A stretch of 64,000 bases of DNA. Origin: Candidatus Marinacidobacterales bacterium. GTDB taxonomy: Bacteria > Acidobacteriota > Vicinamibacteria > Marinacidobacterales > SMYC01. The position numbers and the translations under genes are program-made. A model generated the notes under the pieces. That model had not been told where the DNA came from. It was given only the letters and a program-made list of their open reading frames with translations, and did not search any database. The stretch lies in contig OZ250169.1 in assembly GCA_965237955.1 (NCBI GenBank), forward strand, positions 4,512,001-4,576,000. Direction: 5' to 3'. Within the stretch, counting starts at the first letter, position 1. Each line of letters begins with the position of its first letter. Below are positions 9,899-19,896 of the stretch, in pieces.

Positions 9899-11435
9899 GG
9901 GTCTTCAGCAGAATCTGTGGGTAGAAAAGCGTCTGCCATGCCCGTTCAGTGGACCACGGTGCTCGCCCGCGTCAAGGCTTCCCTCGCTTCTGCTCGGCGG
10001 CTGCGCCGGCCTGGACGCGGACGGCGCTGCGTGGTGGTAGCGAGTATGGGCGATGGGCGAACGGGGCTCCGGCGGGGGCTCTGCGCACTGGGTTCATCCC
10101 GACGTCCCCCCGGAAACAAGCGCATCCCGAGGTCGACTCTGAGAAGATGAGTTTGCAAAAACAAAACCTTCTTGGGAGTCGCACAGGATGCAGTTGAAGA
10201 CTATCTTGTATCGGGTTCGAAAGCATCGGAGCTTTGTTTACGAGATGGTGCGTGTCGTTGGCGAACAGATCGAGGTCGAACTCCGGCCCCGAAAGAACGG
10301 CAGAGCGATCTGTTCCGAGTGCAAGCGCCCGGCTCCAGGCTACGACACCCTCGCTCAACGTCGCTTCGAGCTTGTTCCGTTGTGGAACCTGAAGGTCTTC
10401 TTCCTCTATGCGCCCCGCCGGGTGGCTTGCCTACGCTGTGGCGTGAAGGTGGAGAAGCTTCCATGGTCGGAAGGCAAACATCGACTCACCCGAGCCTATG
10501 CTTGGTTCTTAGCCACGTGGGCGAAGCGGATGAGCTGGAAAGAGGTAGCTGAGCTGTTTCACACGAGCTGGGAGAATGTGTTCCGCGCGGTCGAGATGGC
10601 CGTCGAGTGGGGCCGTAAGCATATGGATTTGAATGATATCGGGGCTATTGGCATCGATGAGATCCGATGGCACAAAGGCCATCACTTCCTCACGGTGGTC
10701 TACCAGATCGACAAGCACCGCAAGAGGCTTGTGTGGTTGGGCGACAAACGTCGCGTCAAAACCTTGCTCAGGTTCTTTCGCTGGTTCGGCAAGGAGCGAA
10801 GCGCTGCGCCCGAGTTCATCTGCTCCGACATGTGGCGACCATACCTGAAGGTCATTGCCAAAAAAGCCCCTCAGGCCGTGCCTATCCTGGACCGATTCCA
10901 CATCATGTCGATGCTGAGCAAAGCCATCGATAAAGTGCGGGCCGAGGAAGCCAACCAGCTCCGTGTTCAAGGTTACGAGCCAGTCTTGAAGGGCTCGCGC
11001 TGGTTGCTACTCAAGCGAAGGGAGAATCTCACCGAAGCGCAGGATGTCAAGCTCGCGGAGCTTGTTCAATACAACCTCCGTTCCATTCGGAGCTATCTCT
11101 TGAAGGAGGACTTCCAGTTCCTGTGGAAATATGTTTCTCCTTACTGGGCAGGTCGATTCCTCGACCGGTGGTGTACTCGAGTCATGCGCTCACGAATCGA
11201 GCCGATGAAAAGGGTGGCTCGCTCGATGCGCAACCATCGTGAGCTCATTCTCAATTGGTTCCGTGCCAGGGAAACCATCTCCGCCGCCATGGTTGAGGGC
11301 TTCAACAACAAAGCGAAACTGACTACCAGAAAAGCCTTCGGGTTCCGGACCTTCAAAGCCGCCGAACTCGCCCTGTTTCACACGCTTGGAGATCTACCGG
11401 AGCCAGATATGACCCACAGATTCTGCTGAGGAAGC
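9899..11435 (+). mobile_element. ISL3-family insertion sequence between GH43 and GH3
   Basis: IRs GGGTCTTCAGCAGAATCTGTGGGT (9899) and ACCCACAGATTCTGCTGAGGAAGC (11412-11435); A-rich flanks. Confidence 0.9.
10188..11429 (+). CDS. ISL3 transposase
   Basis: IGIDEI, CSDMWRPY, LDRFHI, VEGFNNKAKLTTRKAFGFR. Confidence 0.93.
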   Translation: MQLKTILYRVRKHRSFVYEMVRVVGEQIEVELRPRKNGRAICSECKRPAPGYDTLAQRRFELVPLWNLKVFFLYAPRRVACLRCGVKVEKLPWSEGKHRLTRAYAWFLATWAKRMSWKEVAELFHTSWENVFRAVEMAVEWGRKHMDLNDIGAIGIDEIRWHKGHHFLTVVYQIDKHRKRLVWLGDKRRVKTLLRFFRWFGKERSAAPEFICSDMWRPYLKVIAKKAPQAVPILDRFHIMSMLSKAIDKVRAEEANQLRVQGYEPVLKGSRWLLLKRRENLTEAQDVKLAELVQYNLRSIRSYLLKEDFQFLWKYVSPYWAGRFLDRWCTRVMRSRIEPMKRVARSMRNHRELILNWFRARETISAAMVEGFNNKAKLTTRKAFGFRTFKAAELALFHTLGDLPEPDMTHRFC

Positions 11436-11455
11436 AAAAAAAAGGAGAAAAAATC

Positions 11456-13759
11456 ATGAAAAAAAGCAGATTAAGGAACATATTGTTCCATTTGGTTTTA
11501 CCACTTTTTTGCTTTCATGCATGTATCCAGGAAAAATCCGGTTCAGTACCCCAATTTGGGAAAGATCCGGTAAAAGAAGTCATTGCGGCCATGACTCTTG
11601 AAGAAAAAGCCATGGTGGTTGTCGGTGCCGGTGCAGAGCCTCAACTTATTCCCGGTGCTGCCGGAAGAACACATGAAATTTCCCGTCTTGGTATTCCTGC
11701 CATTGTTTTAGCTGATGGACACTCAGGACTCAGAATAAGTCCAACCAGAAGAGACGACTCTGAAACTTATTATTCCACGGATTTTCCAATTGCCACCCTG
11801 CTGGCTTCGACCTGGGATTTAGAGTTGATTTACTCTGTTGGACAAGCATTAGGAAATGAGGCTCTCGAGTATGGAGTAGATGTGTTATTGGCTCCTGGCT
11901 TGAACATTCACCGTAATCCCTTGGCTGGAAGGAATTTGGAATATTTTTCGGAAGATCCTCTGGTCACGGGAAAAATGGCTGCAGCCATGGTAAAGGCAAT
12001 AAAATCACAGGGTGTCGGTACATCCATCAAACATTTTGTAGCCTACAATCAGAAAACCAATAATAACGTCATCGTTAGTGAAAGAGCTTTACGGGAAATC
12101 TACCTGGAAGGGTTCCGTATAGCAGTAGAAGAAGCCCAACCCTGGGCTGTGATGTCATCGATGGATAAACTCAACGGCCCTGATACTTCTGAGAACCATG
12201 ACCTTTTAACAAAAATATTACGTGATGACTGGGGCTTTGAAGGTTATGTGATGACCGACTGGGAAGGCGGAGACGATGTCGTGGCCCAGATGGAAGCCGG
12301 TAACGATATCCTGATGGCCGGGAGGCCGGAACAATCAGAAGACATTGTAAATGCAGTGAAAGAGGGAAATCTTAATGAGACAGTTTTGGACAAGAATGCG
12401 GAAAGGATTCTGAATATATTACTCGAAACACCCAAGTTCAAAGGCTACGACTATACCAATAAGCCCGATCTTGAAGGGCATGCCCGGCTTGCACGCCAGG
12501 CTGCCACGGAGGGAATGGTCCTGCTGAAAAATGAAAATAAAGCACTCCCTCTGGCTGAGGATATTAAGAAGATTGCTGCATTCGGGAAAACTTCCTATGA
12601 AGTTATTACCGTAGGAATAGGTAGTGCTGATGTCACGACCTACCATATAGAACTTGTTGAGGGATTGGAAAACGGAGGATATGCCGTTGATGAATCCTTG
12701 CAGGAAGAGTACCTGAGTTATATCAAAGAAAGCAGAGTTGCGCAGCCCGAGCGGAAATTTTCGTTTATGCCGGAAATGCCTATCTCCGATAAGTTGGCCG
12801 GTAAAATGGCTAACGAGACAGATATTGCTCTCATCACTATCGGCAGAAATTCAGATTTGGAGAATCGGAAAGAAGAAGGGGATTTTAATTTAACGGAAAC
12901 TGAAAAATCGTTGATTCAAACTGTATCCCAGGCGTTCCAGGCACAAGGCAAAAAGGCCATTGTTATCCTGAACATTGCGGGTGTCATTGAAACAACCAGC
13001 TGGAGGGATATTCCGGATGCCATCCTGCTGGCATGGCAACCCAGGCAGGAAGTCGGAACCTCCATTGTTGACTTAATCAGTGGTAAGGTCAATCCTTCCG
13101 GTAAGCTTGCCACCACATTCCCTGTTTCATACCAGGATGTGCCTTCAGCAGACAATTTCCCTGGCATTGAACTGGAAGTGCCGGAATCGGAGAGGGCGAA
13201 CGAAGGCGGCGTTGGGTCCAGACTCAGAGTACCTGCCGAATTGGTTTACGAAGAAGATATCTACGTAGGCTACCGGTATTACAATACATTCGATGTTCCC
13301 GTTGCCTATGAATTTGGGTACGGATTGTCATATGCCCAATTTGAGTACGATAACATTCAGATCAGCTCAAAGAAATTCGAAAACAACCTTACTGTTTCTG
13401 TTGATACTAAAAACACGGGTGAAGTTGCCGGTCGCGAAGTAGTTCAGGTATACCTCAGCGCTCCTGCCGGTAAACTCGATAAGCCCGAAGAAGAATTGGC
13501 AGCCTTTGGAAAAACCAAATTATTGGAACCTGGAGAGGCTCAAACGCTAAGCTTTGTGATCAACAAAATTGACCTTGCTTCATTTGATACAGAGGCTTCA
13601 GCCTGGGTTGCAGACGCGGGAAATTATACTGTGAAGGTAGGCGCTTCCTCAAAGGATATCAAACAGACAATTACTTTTAAACTGGGTAAGGAACTTATCG
13701 TGAAGCAAGTTAATAAAGCATTGACGCCTCAACGGGAAATAAAAACTATAAAACCTTGA
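11456..13759 (+). CDS. Lipoprotein GH3 beta-glucosidase/xylosidase with Fn3-like C-terminus
   Basis: MTLEEK, LAPGLNIHRNPLAGRN, KHF, VMTDW (nucleophile D), VLLKNE, PSGKL, YEEDIYVGYRYY, FGYGLSY; AGGAG RBS; lipobox-like HA-C. Confidence 0.93.
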   Translation: MKKSRLRNILFHLVLPLFCFHACIQEKSGSVPQFGKDPVKEVIAAMTLEEKAMVVVGAGAEPQLIPGAAGRTHEISRLGIPAIVLADGHSGLRISPTRRDDSETYYSTDFPIATLLASTWDLELIYSVGQALGNEALEYGVDVLLAPGLNIHRNPLAGRNLEYFSEDPLVTGKMAAAMVKAIKSQGVGTSIKHFVAYNQKTNNNVIVSERALREIYLEGFRIAVEEAQPWAVMSSMDKLNGPDTSENHDLLTKILRDDWGFEGYVMTDWEGGDDVVAQMEAGNDILMAGRPEQSEDIVNAVKEGNLNETVLDKNAERILNILLETPKFKGYDYTNKPDLEGHARLARQAATEGMVLLKNENKALPLAEDIKKIAAFGKTSYEVITVGIGSADVTTYHIELVEGLENGGYAVDESLQEEYLSYIKESRVAQPERKFSFMPEMPISDKLAGKMANETDIALITIGRNSDLENRKEEGDFNLTETEKSLIQTVSQAFQAQGKKAIVILNIAGVIETTSWRDIPDAILLAWQPRQEVGTSIVDLISGKVNPSGKLATTFPVSYQDVPSADNFPGIELEVPESERANEGGVGSRLRVPAELVYEEDIYVGYRYYNTFDVPVAYEFGYGLSYAQFEYDNIQISSKKFENNLTVSVDTKNTGEVAGREVVQVYLSAPAGKLDKPEEELAAFGKTKLLEPGEAQTLSFVINKIDLASFDTEASAWVADAGNYTVKVGASSKDIKQTITFKLGKELIVKQVNKALTPQREIKTIKP

Positions 13760-13788
13760 TTTTTCTGCATGTTTCGCAAGTTATGTTC

Positions 13789-13960
13789 TATGTATAAGAT
13801 TACTATCCAGGCTAACTGGAATAACAATCTGGTAATGTATGCTCACGGATATGAATTCCCGGATAGTACTTTTATTACTGGCCACTCTAGGGAGGAGGGA
13901 TTTCCCTGGCCACTATTGAATACTATCCTCAGTACTATCACGGAGCCCTTCCTAAAACTT
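13789..13960 (+). pseudogene. Fragment of an alpha/beta-hydrolase-like gene cut by IS110
   Basis: YKITIQANWNNNLVMYAHGY (WN..LV.YAHG motif); sense is lost at ~13960. Confidence 0.45.
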
Positions 13961-14417
13961 AGACATCATGTATTGAACCTGCCCTACCTTGAGAGCGTGG
14001 GTTACGCTTTCGCGGATTAGCACGAAGGCACAGAGCCACAATCAACGAGGGCAGGTCATGGAAGAGTATAGCGAATACGTAGGATTGGATGTTCACAAAA
14101 GACACGATCGCGGTCGCGGTGGCGTCGCCGGGTCGGAGCAAACCAAAGTCGCTGGGGATCATCGCGAACACGAAGAAGTCGGTGCTGAAGTTGGTCGACA
14201 AACTATCACCGAACGGAAAAGTTCTTGGCTTGTGCTATGAGGCAGGTCCGTGCGGATACGAGCTGTACCGTTGGGTCAAGCAAACGGGCCACGACTGTGA
14301 AGTGGTGGCTCCATCCAAGATTCCGAAGAAAGCCGGAGAGAGGGTGAAAACGGATCGTCGTGACGCGGTGAAGTTGGCGTCGTTGTTTCGCTCTGGAGAG
14401 TTGACGCCGGTGTGGGT
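13961..14417 (+). mobile_element. IS110-family left end plus N-terminal DEDD recombinase fragment (frameshifted, truncated)
   Basis: ATG 14058: MEEYSEYVGLDVHK / frameshift / DTIAVAVA..CYEAGPCGY..VVAPSKIP..RVKTDRRDA; cut at 14418 by another IS. Confidence 0.88.
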
Positions 14418-15652
14418 TGTGCCTTCCAATAAATTCGATCCGCGACCCTCGGAGCGAGTTCACGCGCGCCGAATGCTCTGGTCGGCGTCACGGCAATCAC
14501 GGGATCGGAGCCATCGCGTGAACGGCGGGCCTGTTTGCGGGAAGGACATCGCATCAAGGGCGGCGACCCTCACGCAGCGAGCTGTAATAATGATGGAGAC
14601 CCCCGACCTTCGGAACAGCTGTCACTCGCCCTATCGAGCGAGACTGGACGGGTCGTCGCTCGGGGGCGTCTTTCTCGAGCGACAAGTGAGTCCGGCAGGA
14701 ATGATAGTAGTCGACGTATTCGCTCAGGATTCGCCTGAGGTGCCGCTCGGTGAGGACGATCACGTGGTCGAGACACTCGCGGCGGATGGATCCGACCATC
14801 CTTTCGACGAATGGATTCTGCCACGGCGAGCGTGGTGCCGTGAGGACCTTCTCGACGCCCAGTCCCGCGACGCGCCGATCGAAGTACGCCCCGTAGATCC
14901 ATCCCGGTCCCGCAGCAGATAGCGCGGCGCCGTGTCCCATGGAAAGGCATCCACGATCTGCTGGGCGCTCCACTCGGCTGTAGGGTGTTCGGTGACGTTG
15001 AAATGGACCATACTTCGCCGATCGTGACGAAGGATGATGAAGACAAACAGAACTCGGAAGGTTGCGGTTGGGAAAGTGAAGAAGTCGATGGACACCAAGT
15101 CCTTGACATGATTGTCGAGAAAGCTCCGCCAGGCCTCGGACGGTGGTTTGCGACGGCGAATCATGTACTTGGAAACAGCGGCCTGGGAAATGGAGATGCC
15201 GAGCTTCGCGAGCTCGCCGTGAACGCGCGGCGCTCCCCAGAGCGGATTGGCTCGAACATTCCCGGATCAGCTCGCGTACTTCCGGAGCGACGCCTGGTCG
15301 ACCGGGCCGACGTTTCCGGCTCTTCCAAGTCAATAGCGTCTGAACCCCGCGCGGTGCCACCGGACAATGGTCTCAGGCTTCACGATGACGAGGACGTTGT
15401 CCCAGTCCGTCTAGACTCTTCGCAAAAGAACCCAGAAGCCGCGGTCGACATTCGAGAGGCGCGGCCGTTTCACCGAGCGCTGGAGGACGACGAGCTGCTG
15501 CCGGAGTGCGAGATTCTCGAGGGCCAGCGAGCGGCGCGTTTTGAACGCCGAAACGAGGGAGCAAAGGAACGAGGAAATCATGCGCGAATGCTGACGCGGA
15601 GTTCTGTGAAAGATCAAGAGGGACGCGCCCGGACGAATAAATGGAAGGCACA
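14418..15652 (-). mobile_element. IS481/IS3-like integrase-core element with inactivated transposase
   Basis: TGT...ACA ends with IR TGTGCCTTCCA; LENLALRQQL, IDFFT, YLLRDRD, SPWQNPFVER..GSIRRECLDH, GGLHH in several frames with a stop and frameshifts. Confidence 0.85.
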
Positions 15653-15725
15653 AGCAGTAACGCCCCACCAATAGACGGCTTGCCCCACCGTCCGATAACA
15701 TCTTCTTATATGATAAGGGCTAGCC

Positions 15726-16064
15726 ATGTCATTGACCCCCGGCACCAAGCTGGGTCCCTAATGCGCGAGTTGGTCTGGGTCGATCGCGAGGGAGTCGAGC
15801 ATCCTCTCACCGAGACACGAGGAGGCTACTTGGTCCCGCGACTCTCACTGGATGGCCGCTGCCTCGCCTACACGGCGAACGAGTCGGGCCAGAGAGAGGT
15901 GTACGTGCGGCCCTTTCCCGGCTTTTATGCATAACTACGACGTGGCCCCCGACGGCCGGCGTTTCGTGATGATCAAAGAGAGCGAGCTGGACTCAGCACC
16001 AGTCCAAATCAACGTCGTCCTCAACCGGTTCGAGGAATTGAAACGGCTTGTTCCGACGAACTAG
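15726..16064 (+). pseudogene. Collapsed remnant of a Ser/Thr kinase-PD40 (TolB-like) gene
   Basis: MSLTPGTKLGP start joined to LVWVDREG..PRLSLDG..LAY..NESGQREVYVRPFPG and YDVAPDGRRFVMIK..INVVLN.FEELKRLVP end. Confidence 0.75.
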
Positions 16065-16130
16065 GACGACAAGCGCCGGGCGCTTCTCGAGACCCAGGCG
16101 CACCTGAATGCCTTAGGCGAAAGGAAAGGT

Positions 16131-16403
16131 ATGCAATCGTCCGGCGACAAACGAGAGTATTGGAAAAAGAACTTGACCTATGTCGGAGCTCTGCTCGCGA
16201 TCTGGTTCATCGTATCCTTTGGCTTCGGCATCCTACTCGTGGAGCCGTTGAACCATATCCGAATCGGTGGCTTCAAACTCGGCTTTTGGTTCGCCCAGCA
16301 AGGCTCGATGTACGTGTTCGTCATTCTGATCTTTGTCTATGTGCGCCTGATGAACCGGCTCGATCGCGCCCATGACGTCGATGAGCGGGAGGATCGCTCA
16401 TGA
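16131..16403 (+). CDS. DUF4212-type small membrane partner of a solute symporter
   Basis: YWKKNL..LLAIWF.VSFG..GFKLGFWFAQQGS; overlaps the symporter start. Confidence 0.85.
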   Translation: MQSSGDKREYWKKNLTYVGALLAIWFIVSFGFGILLVEPLNHIRIGGFKLGFWFAQQGSMYVFVILIFVYVRLMNRLDRAHDVDEREDRS

Positions 16404-18082
16404 ATGTCCAGGCATGGACGTTCGTGATGGTGGCGTCGTCTTTCGCGCTCTACATCGGTGTTGCCATCTGGTCCCGTGCGCGGTCGACCGATGACTTCTA
16501 CGTCGCCGCCGCGCAGGTATCGCCGGTTGTCAACGGCATGGCCACAGCTGCGGGTTGGATGAGCGCCGCATCGTTCATCTCGATGGCGGGTCTCATCGCA
16601 TTCATGGGACGGGACGGCTCGGTTTACTTGATGGGCTGGACCGGTGGCTATGTCCTCTTGGCGCTTCTGCTTGCTCCTTACTTACGAAAGTTCGGCAAGT
16701 ACACGGTGCCAGACTTCGTCGGAGATCGCTACAATTCCCAGGTCGCCCGAATCGTCGCTGTCATCTGTGCGATCTTCGTTTCCTTTACCTACGTCGCCGG
16801 CCAGATGCGCGGCGTCGGAATCGTCTTCTCACGCTTTCTCGGCGTCGGCATCGAGGCCGGAGTCCTCATCGGCATGGGCATCGTCTTCTTCTATGCGGTG
16901 CTCGGCGGAATGAAGGGCATCACTTATACACAAGTCGCCCAGTATTGCGTTCTGATTTTCGCCTTCCTGGTACCCGCGATCTTCATCTCATTGCTATTGA
17001 CGGGAAACCCGATTCCTCAGCTCGGCTTCGGCAGCGTACTCGCGGACGGTTCTGGGACCTACCTCCTCGACCGTCTGGATGGTCTCGCGCGGGAGTTGGG
17101 ATTTTCCGCCTACACCGACGGTCAAAAGGGCACGCTCGACGTCCTCTTTATCACCGCGGCGCTGATGCTAGGGACGGCCGGATTGCCGCATGTGATTGTG
17201 CGCTTTTACACCGTCCCCAAAGTGTGGCAAGCGAGAAGCTCTGCTGGATGGGCGCTGCTGTTTATTGCATTGCTCTACACGACGGCTCCGGCAGTGGCCG
17301 CCTTTGCTCGGGTGAACCTTCTGACCACTGTCTCCAACACGCCCTATCGAGATGTGCCGAGCTGGTTTACGAATTGGGAGACCACCGGGTTGATCCACTT
17401 CGAGGACAAGAATGGAGATGGGCTGATTCAATACACCGGCCCCGCCTCAGAGGTTCCGAATGAGCTGACGATCGATCGGGACATCATGGTGCTTGCGAAC
17501 CCCGAGATCGCAAATCTTCCGCACTGGGTTACGGGGCTCGTCGCTGCAGGCGGACTGGCCGCTGCGTTTTCGACCGCCGCAGGTCTCCTCTTGGTCATCT
17601 CTACTTCGATTGCGCACGACCTGTTCAAGAACGCCATCCGTCCATCCATTACAGAAAAAGGCGAGTTGCTGGTCGCTCGCATCACTGCAGGATTTGCGGT
17701 CATCATTTCCGGCTACTTGGGTATCAACCCACCTGGCTTTGTCGGCGAGGTGGTTGCTTTGGCCTTTGGGTTGGCGGCGTCGTCGTTTTTCCCGGCCATC
17801 CTTCTGGGAATCTTTAGCAAGCGAATGAATAGCTACGGCGCGGTGAGTGGCATGGTCGCCGGCATCACCTTCACGTCACTCTATATCGCCTATTTCAAAT
17901 TCTTCCATCCCGAGCTCAACAGTGCTGAACATTGGTGGCTAGGTGTGTCACCCGAAGGCATCGGCACGGTCGGCATGGCACTGAATTTCCTCGTTGCTTG
18001 GGCGGTGGCTTCGTTTACCGAACCACCCCCGCTCGAGGTACAGCAGTTCGTCGAGGAAATTCGCGTGCCACGAAAAGGATAA
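16400..18082 (+). CDS. actP: Sodium:solute symporter, ActP / cation-acetate symporter type
   Basis: NGMATAAGWMSAASF, YLRKFGKYTVPDF, GGMKGITYTQVAQY, GTAGLPHV..RFYTVP. Confidence 0.85.
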   Translation: MNVQAWTFVMVASSFALYIGVAIWSRARSTDDFYVAAAQVSPVVNGMATAAGWMSAASFISMAGLIAFMGRDGSVYLMGWTGGYVLLALLLAPYLRKFGKYTVPDFVGDRYNSQVARIVAVICAIFVSFTYVAGQMRGVGIVFSRFLGVGIEAGVLIGMGIVFFYAVLGGMKGITYTQVAQYCVLIFAFLVPAIFISLLLTGNPIPQLGFGSVLADGSGTYLLDRLDGLARELGFSAYTDGQKGTLDVLFITAALMLGTAGLPHVIVRFYTVPKVWQARSSAGWALLFIALLYTTAPAVAAFARVNLLTTVSNTPYRDVPSWFTNWETTGLIHFEDKNGDGLIQYTGPASEVPNELTIDRDIMVLANPEIANLPHWVTGLVAAGGLAAAFSTAAGLLLVISTSIAHDLFKNAIRPSITEKGELLVARITAGFAVIISGYLGINPPGFVGEVVALAFGLAASSFFPAILLGIFSKRMNSYGAVSGMVAGITFTSLYIAYFKFFHPELNSAEHWWLGVSPEGIGTVGMALNFLVAWAVASFTEPPPLEVQQFVEEIRVPRKG

Positions 18083-18185
18083 AGGATAGGAAATTCTATC
18101 CTGGGACGTAGGGAACCGGGAGCGGAATTTTCGCGGTGGGGGTGAACAAAAGCCCGGGAGTGCGTGCAGCGGATAGCTGAGAGAC

Positions 18186-19272
18186 TGCCTTGGTGCACAA
18201 CTCCGATAGAGGCCGAGAGCTCGCTTGGCCCCGACTCCCATCATCCGATCATCTCGCTATCAGGCATCCCGAGCGCCGTCATGGTGTTGAGAATCTTGCA
18301 CCCGATCCTTGCCTCGACTCTCTGTGCCGCCAACCCTCTCGCTCGCATCGCTGAGCCCACGATAGCCTTGTAGCGATGGAACGTTGTCTCGACTTTGCTC
18401 CGTTTGCTGTAGCCCGATTCTGTGTGCCACTTTCGTTTGCCGAGCCGAGCTTGTGCTGCAATGTTGCGATTGCGCTGTCGGCTGCTCGCCGGCCCCGATG
18501 CGAGCTGGGCGCCCTTGCGCGGCGGTATCAGCACCCTCGGCGAGCAATGAGCGCTGTGATTCTCGATCGCCTCATAGACGCCGCCGGCGTCGTATGCGGT
18601 GTCAGCTCTGGCCGATGAGATGGGACTGTCGATCTGTCCGACAAGCGATGCAACCCGCGATGAATCGCGGGCTCTTTTGCTCGTCAGCTCGCCGGCGACG
18701 ACTTCGCCACTCTGCTCGTCGACACACAGATGGAGCTTGCGATAGTCCCTGCTCTTTGGTGCTCTGCGCAGCTGGCCGGCGTGGACAGCGAGACCGCTGC
18801 TGTCGATCAAGATGTGCAACGGCGTCTTCTGCTTGTCTTGGTAGAAGGGGACCTTACCCAGCTTCGCCTTGCGCCTCGAGATCGTGGTGTGATCGGGCAC
18901 ATCATTGTCTAGCTTCATCAGAGCGAACAACGATCGCAGCAATCCCTCGCTCTGCCTAGATGACAGATGAAACACCATGCCCAGGGTGACAGCCGTCTCG
19001 ATGGCGTGGTTCGAGTACTTGCGTTGACGGCCCGGTTTCCTCCTCCTCGGCCGGGGCGCGTCCCAGTTCACAAGCTTGCCGGCGGTGAGCGAGATCCAGA
19101 CGGTCAGGCTCCCACGGTTGCGTAGACCCGCCTCATATTCACGCCAATTCCTCACGCGATAGGCCTTCTTCACATACTTCCGCTGAGTGCGTTTGAAAAT
19201 GCTCATGGGGAACCTCGAATCCGTGAGTAAAGGACAATTGTGGACCGAGATCGCGAGTTGTGCACCAAGGCA
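18186..19272 (-). mobile_element. IS5-family (IS903-like) element, copy 2, 1087 bp; transposase 18241-19206
   Basis: Near-identical inverted copy of 4581-5667 with the same 18-bp IRs. Confidence 0.93.
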
Positions 19273-19543
19273 GCACAAGCTCGGCTCGGCAAACGAAAGT
19301 GGCACACAGAATCGGGCTACAGCAAACGGAGCAAAGTCGAGACAACGTTCCATCGCTACAAGGCTATCGTGGGCTCAGCGATGCGAGCGAGAGGGTTGGC
19401 GGCACAGAGAGTCGAGGCAAGGATCGGGTGCAAGATTCTCAACACGATGACGGCGCTCGGGATGCCTGATAGCGAGATGATCGGATGATGGGAGTCGGGG
19501 CCAAGCGAGCTCTCGGCCTCTATCGGAGTTGTGCACCAAGGCA
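19273..19543 (+). mobile_element. IS5-family element, copy 3 (3' 271 bp only)
   Basis: Matches ~5397-5667 including the right IR; abuts the left IR of copy 2. Confidence 0.9.
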
Positions 19544-19896
19544 CCACGAAGACGCCGTTCTCGTATCGGATCGTATCCGCTTCCAGCTCGTGGTCTGCCC
19601 GTACGGTGATGACGCCGTCGAGACGACCCGGGAGCGATGGCTCACCCGATAGCTCCTGCGCGGCGACGATGACGAGACCCACCGTCGTCGACGTTGATGG
19701 CATTCCCGACTCCGGACACGAAGAGCTTGCTACCGTCCGCGGAGACGATCATCGTCGTATTGATCCGGCCCTGCTCGACTCTCTTCTTCTCGGTGTCTGC
19801 TAGAGCTGGTCATCTCAAAGGCCGTCTCGCGCTCCCGAAACCCGAACCCGGCTCGCTCTGGGAGCGTCTCATCGCCAACAATTGGCGCCGCGAAGG

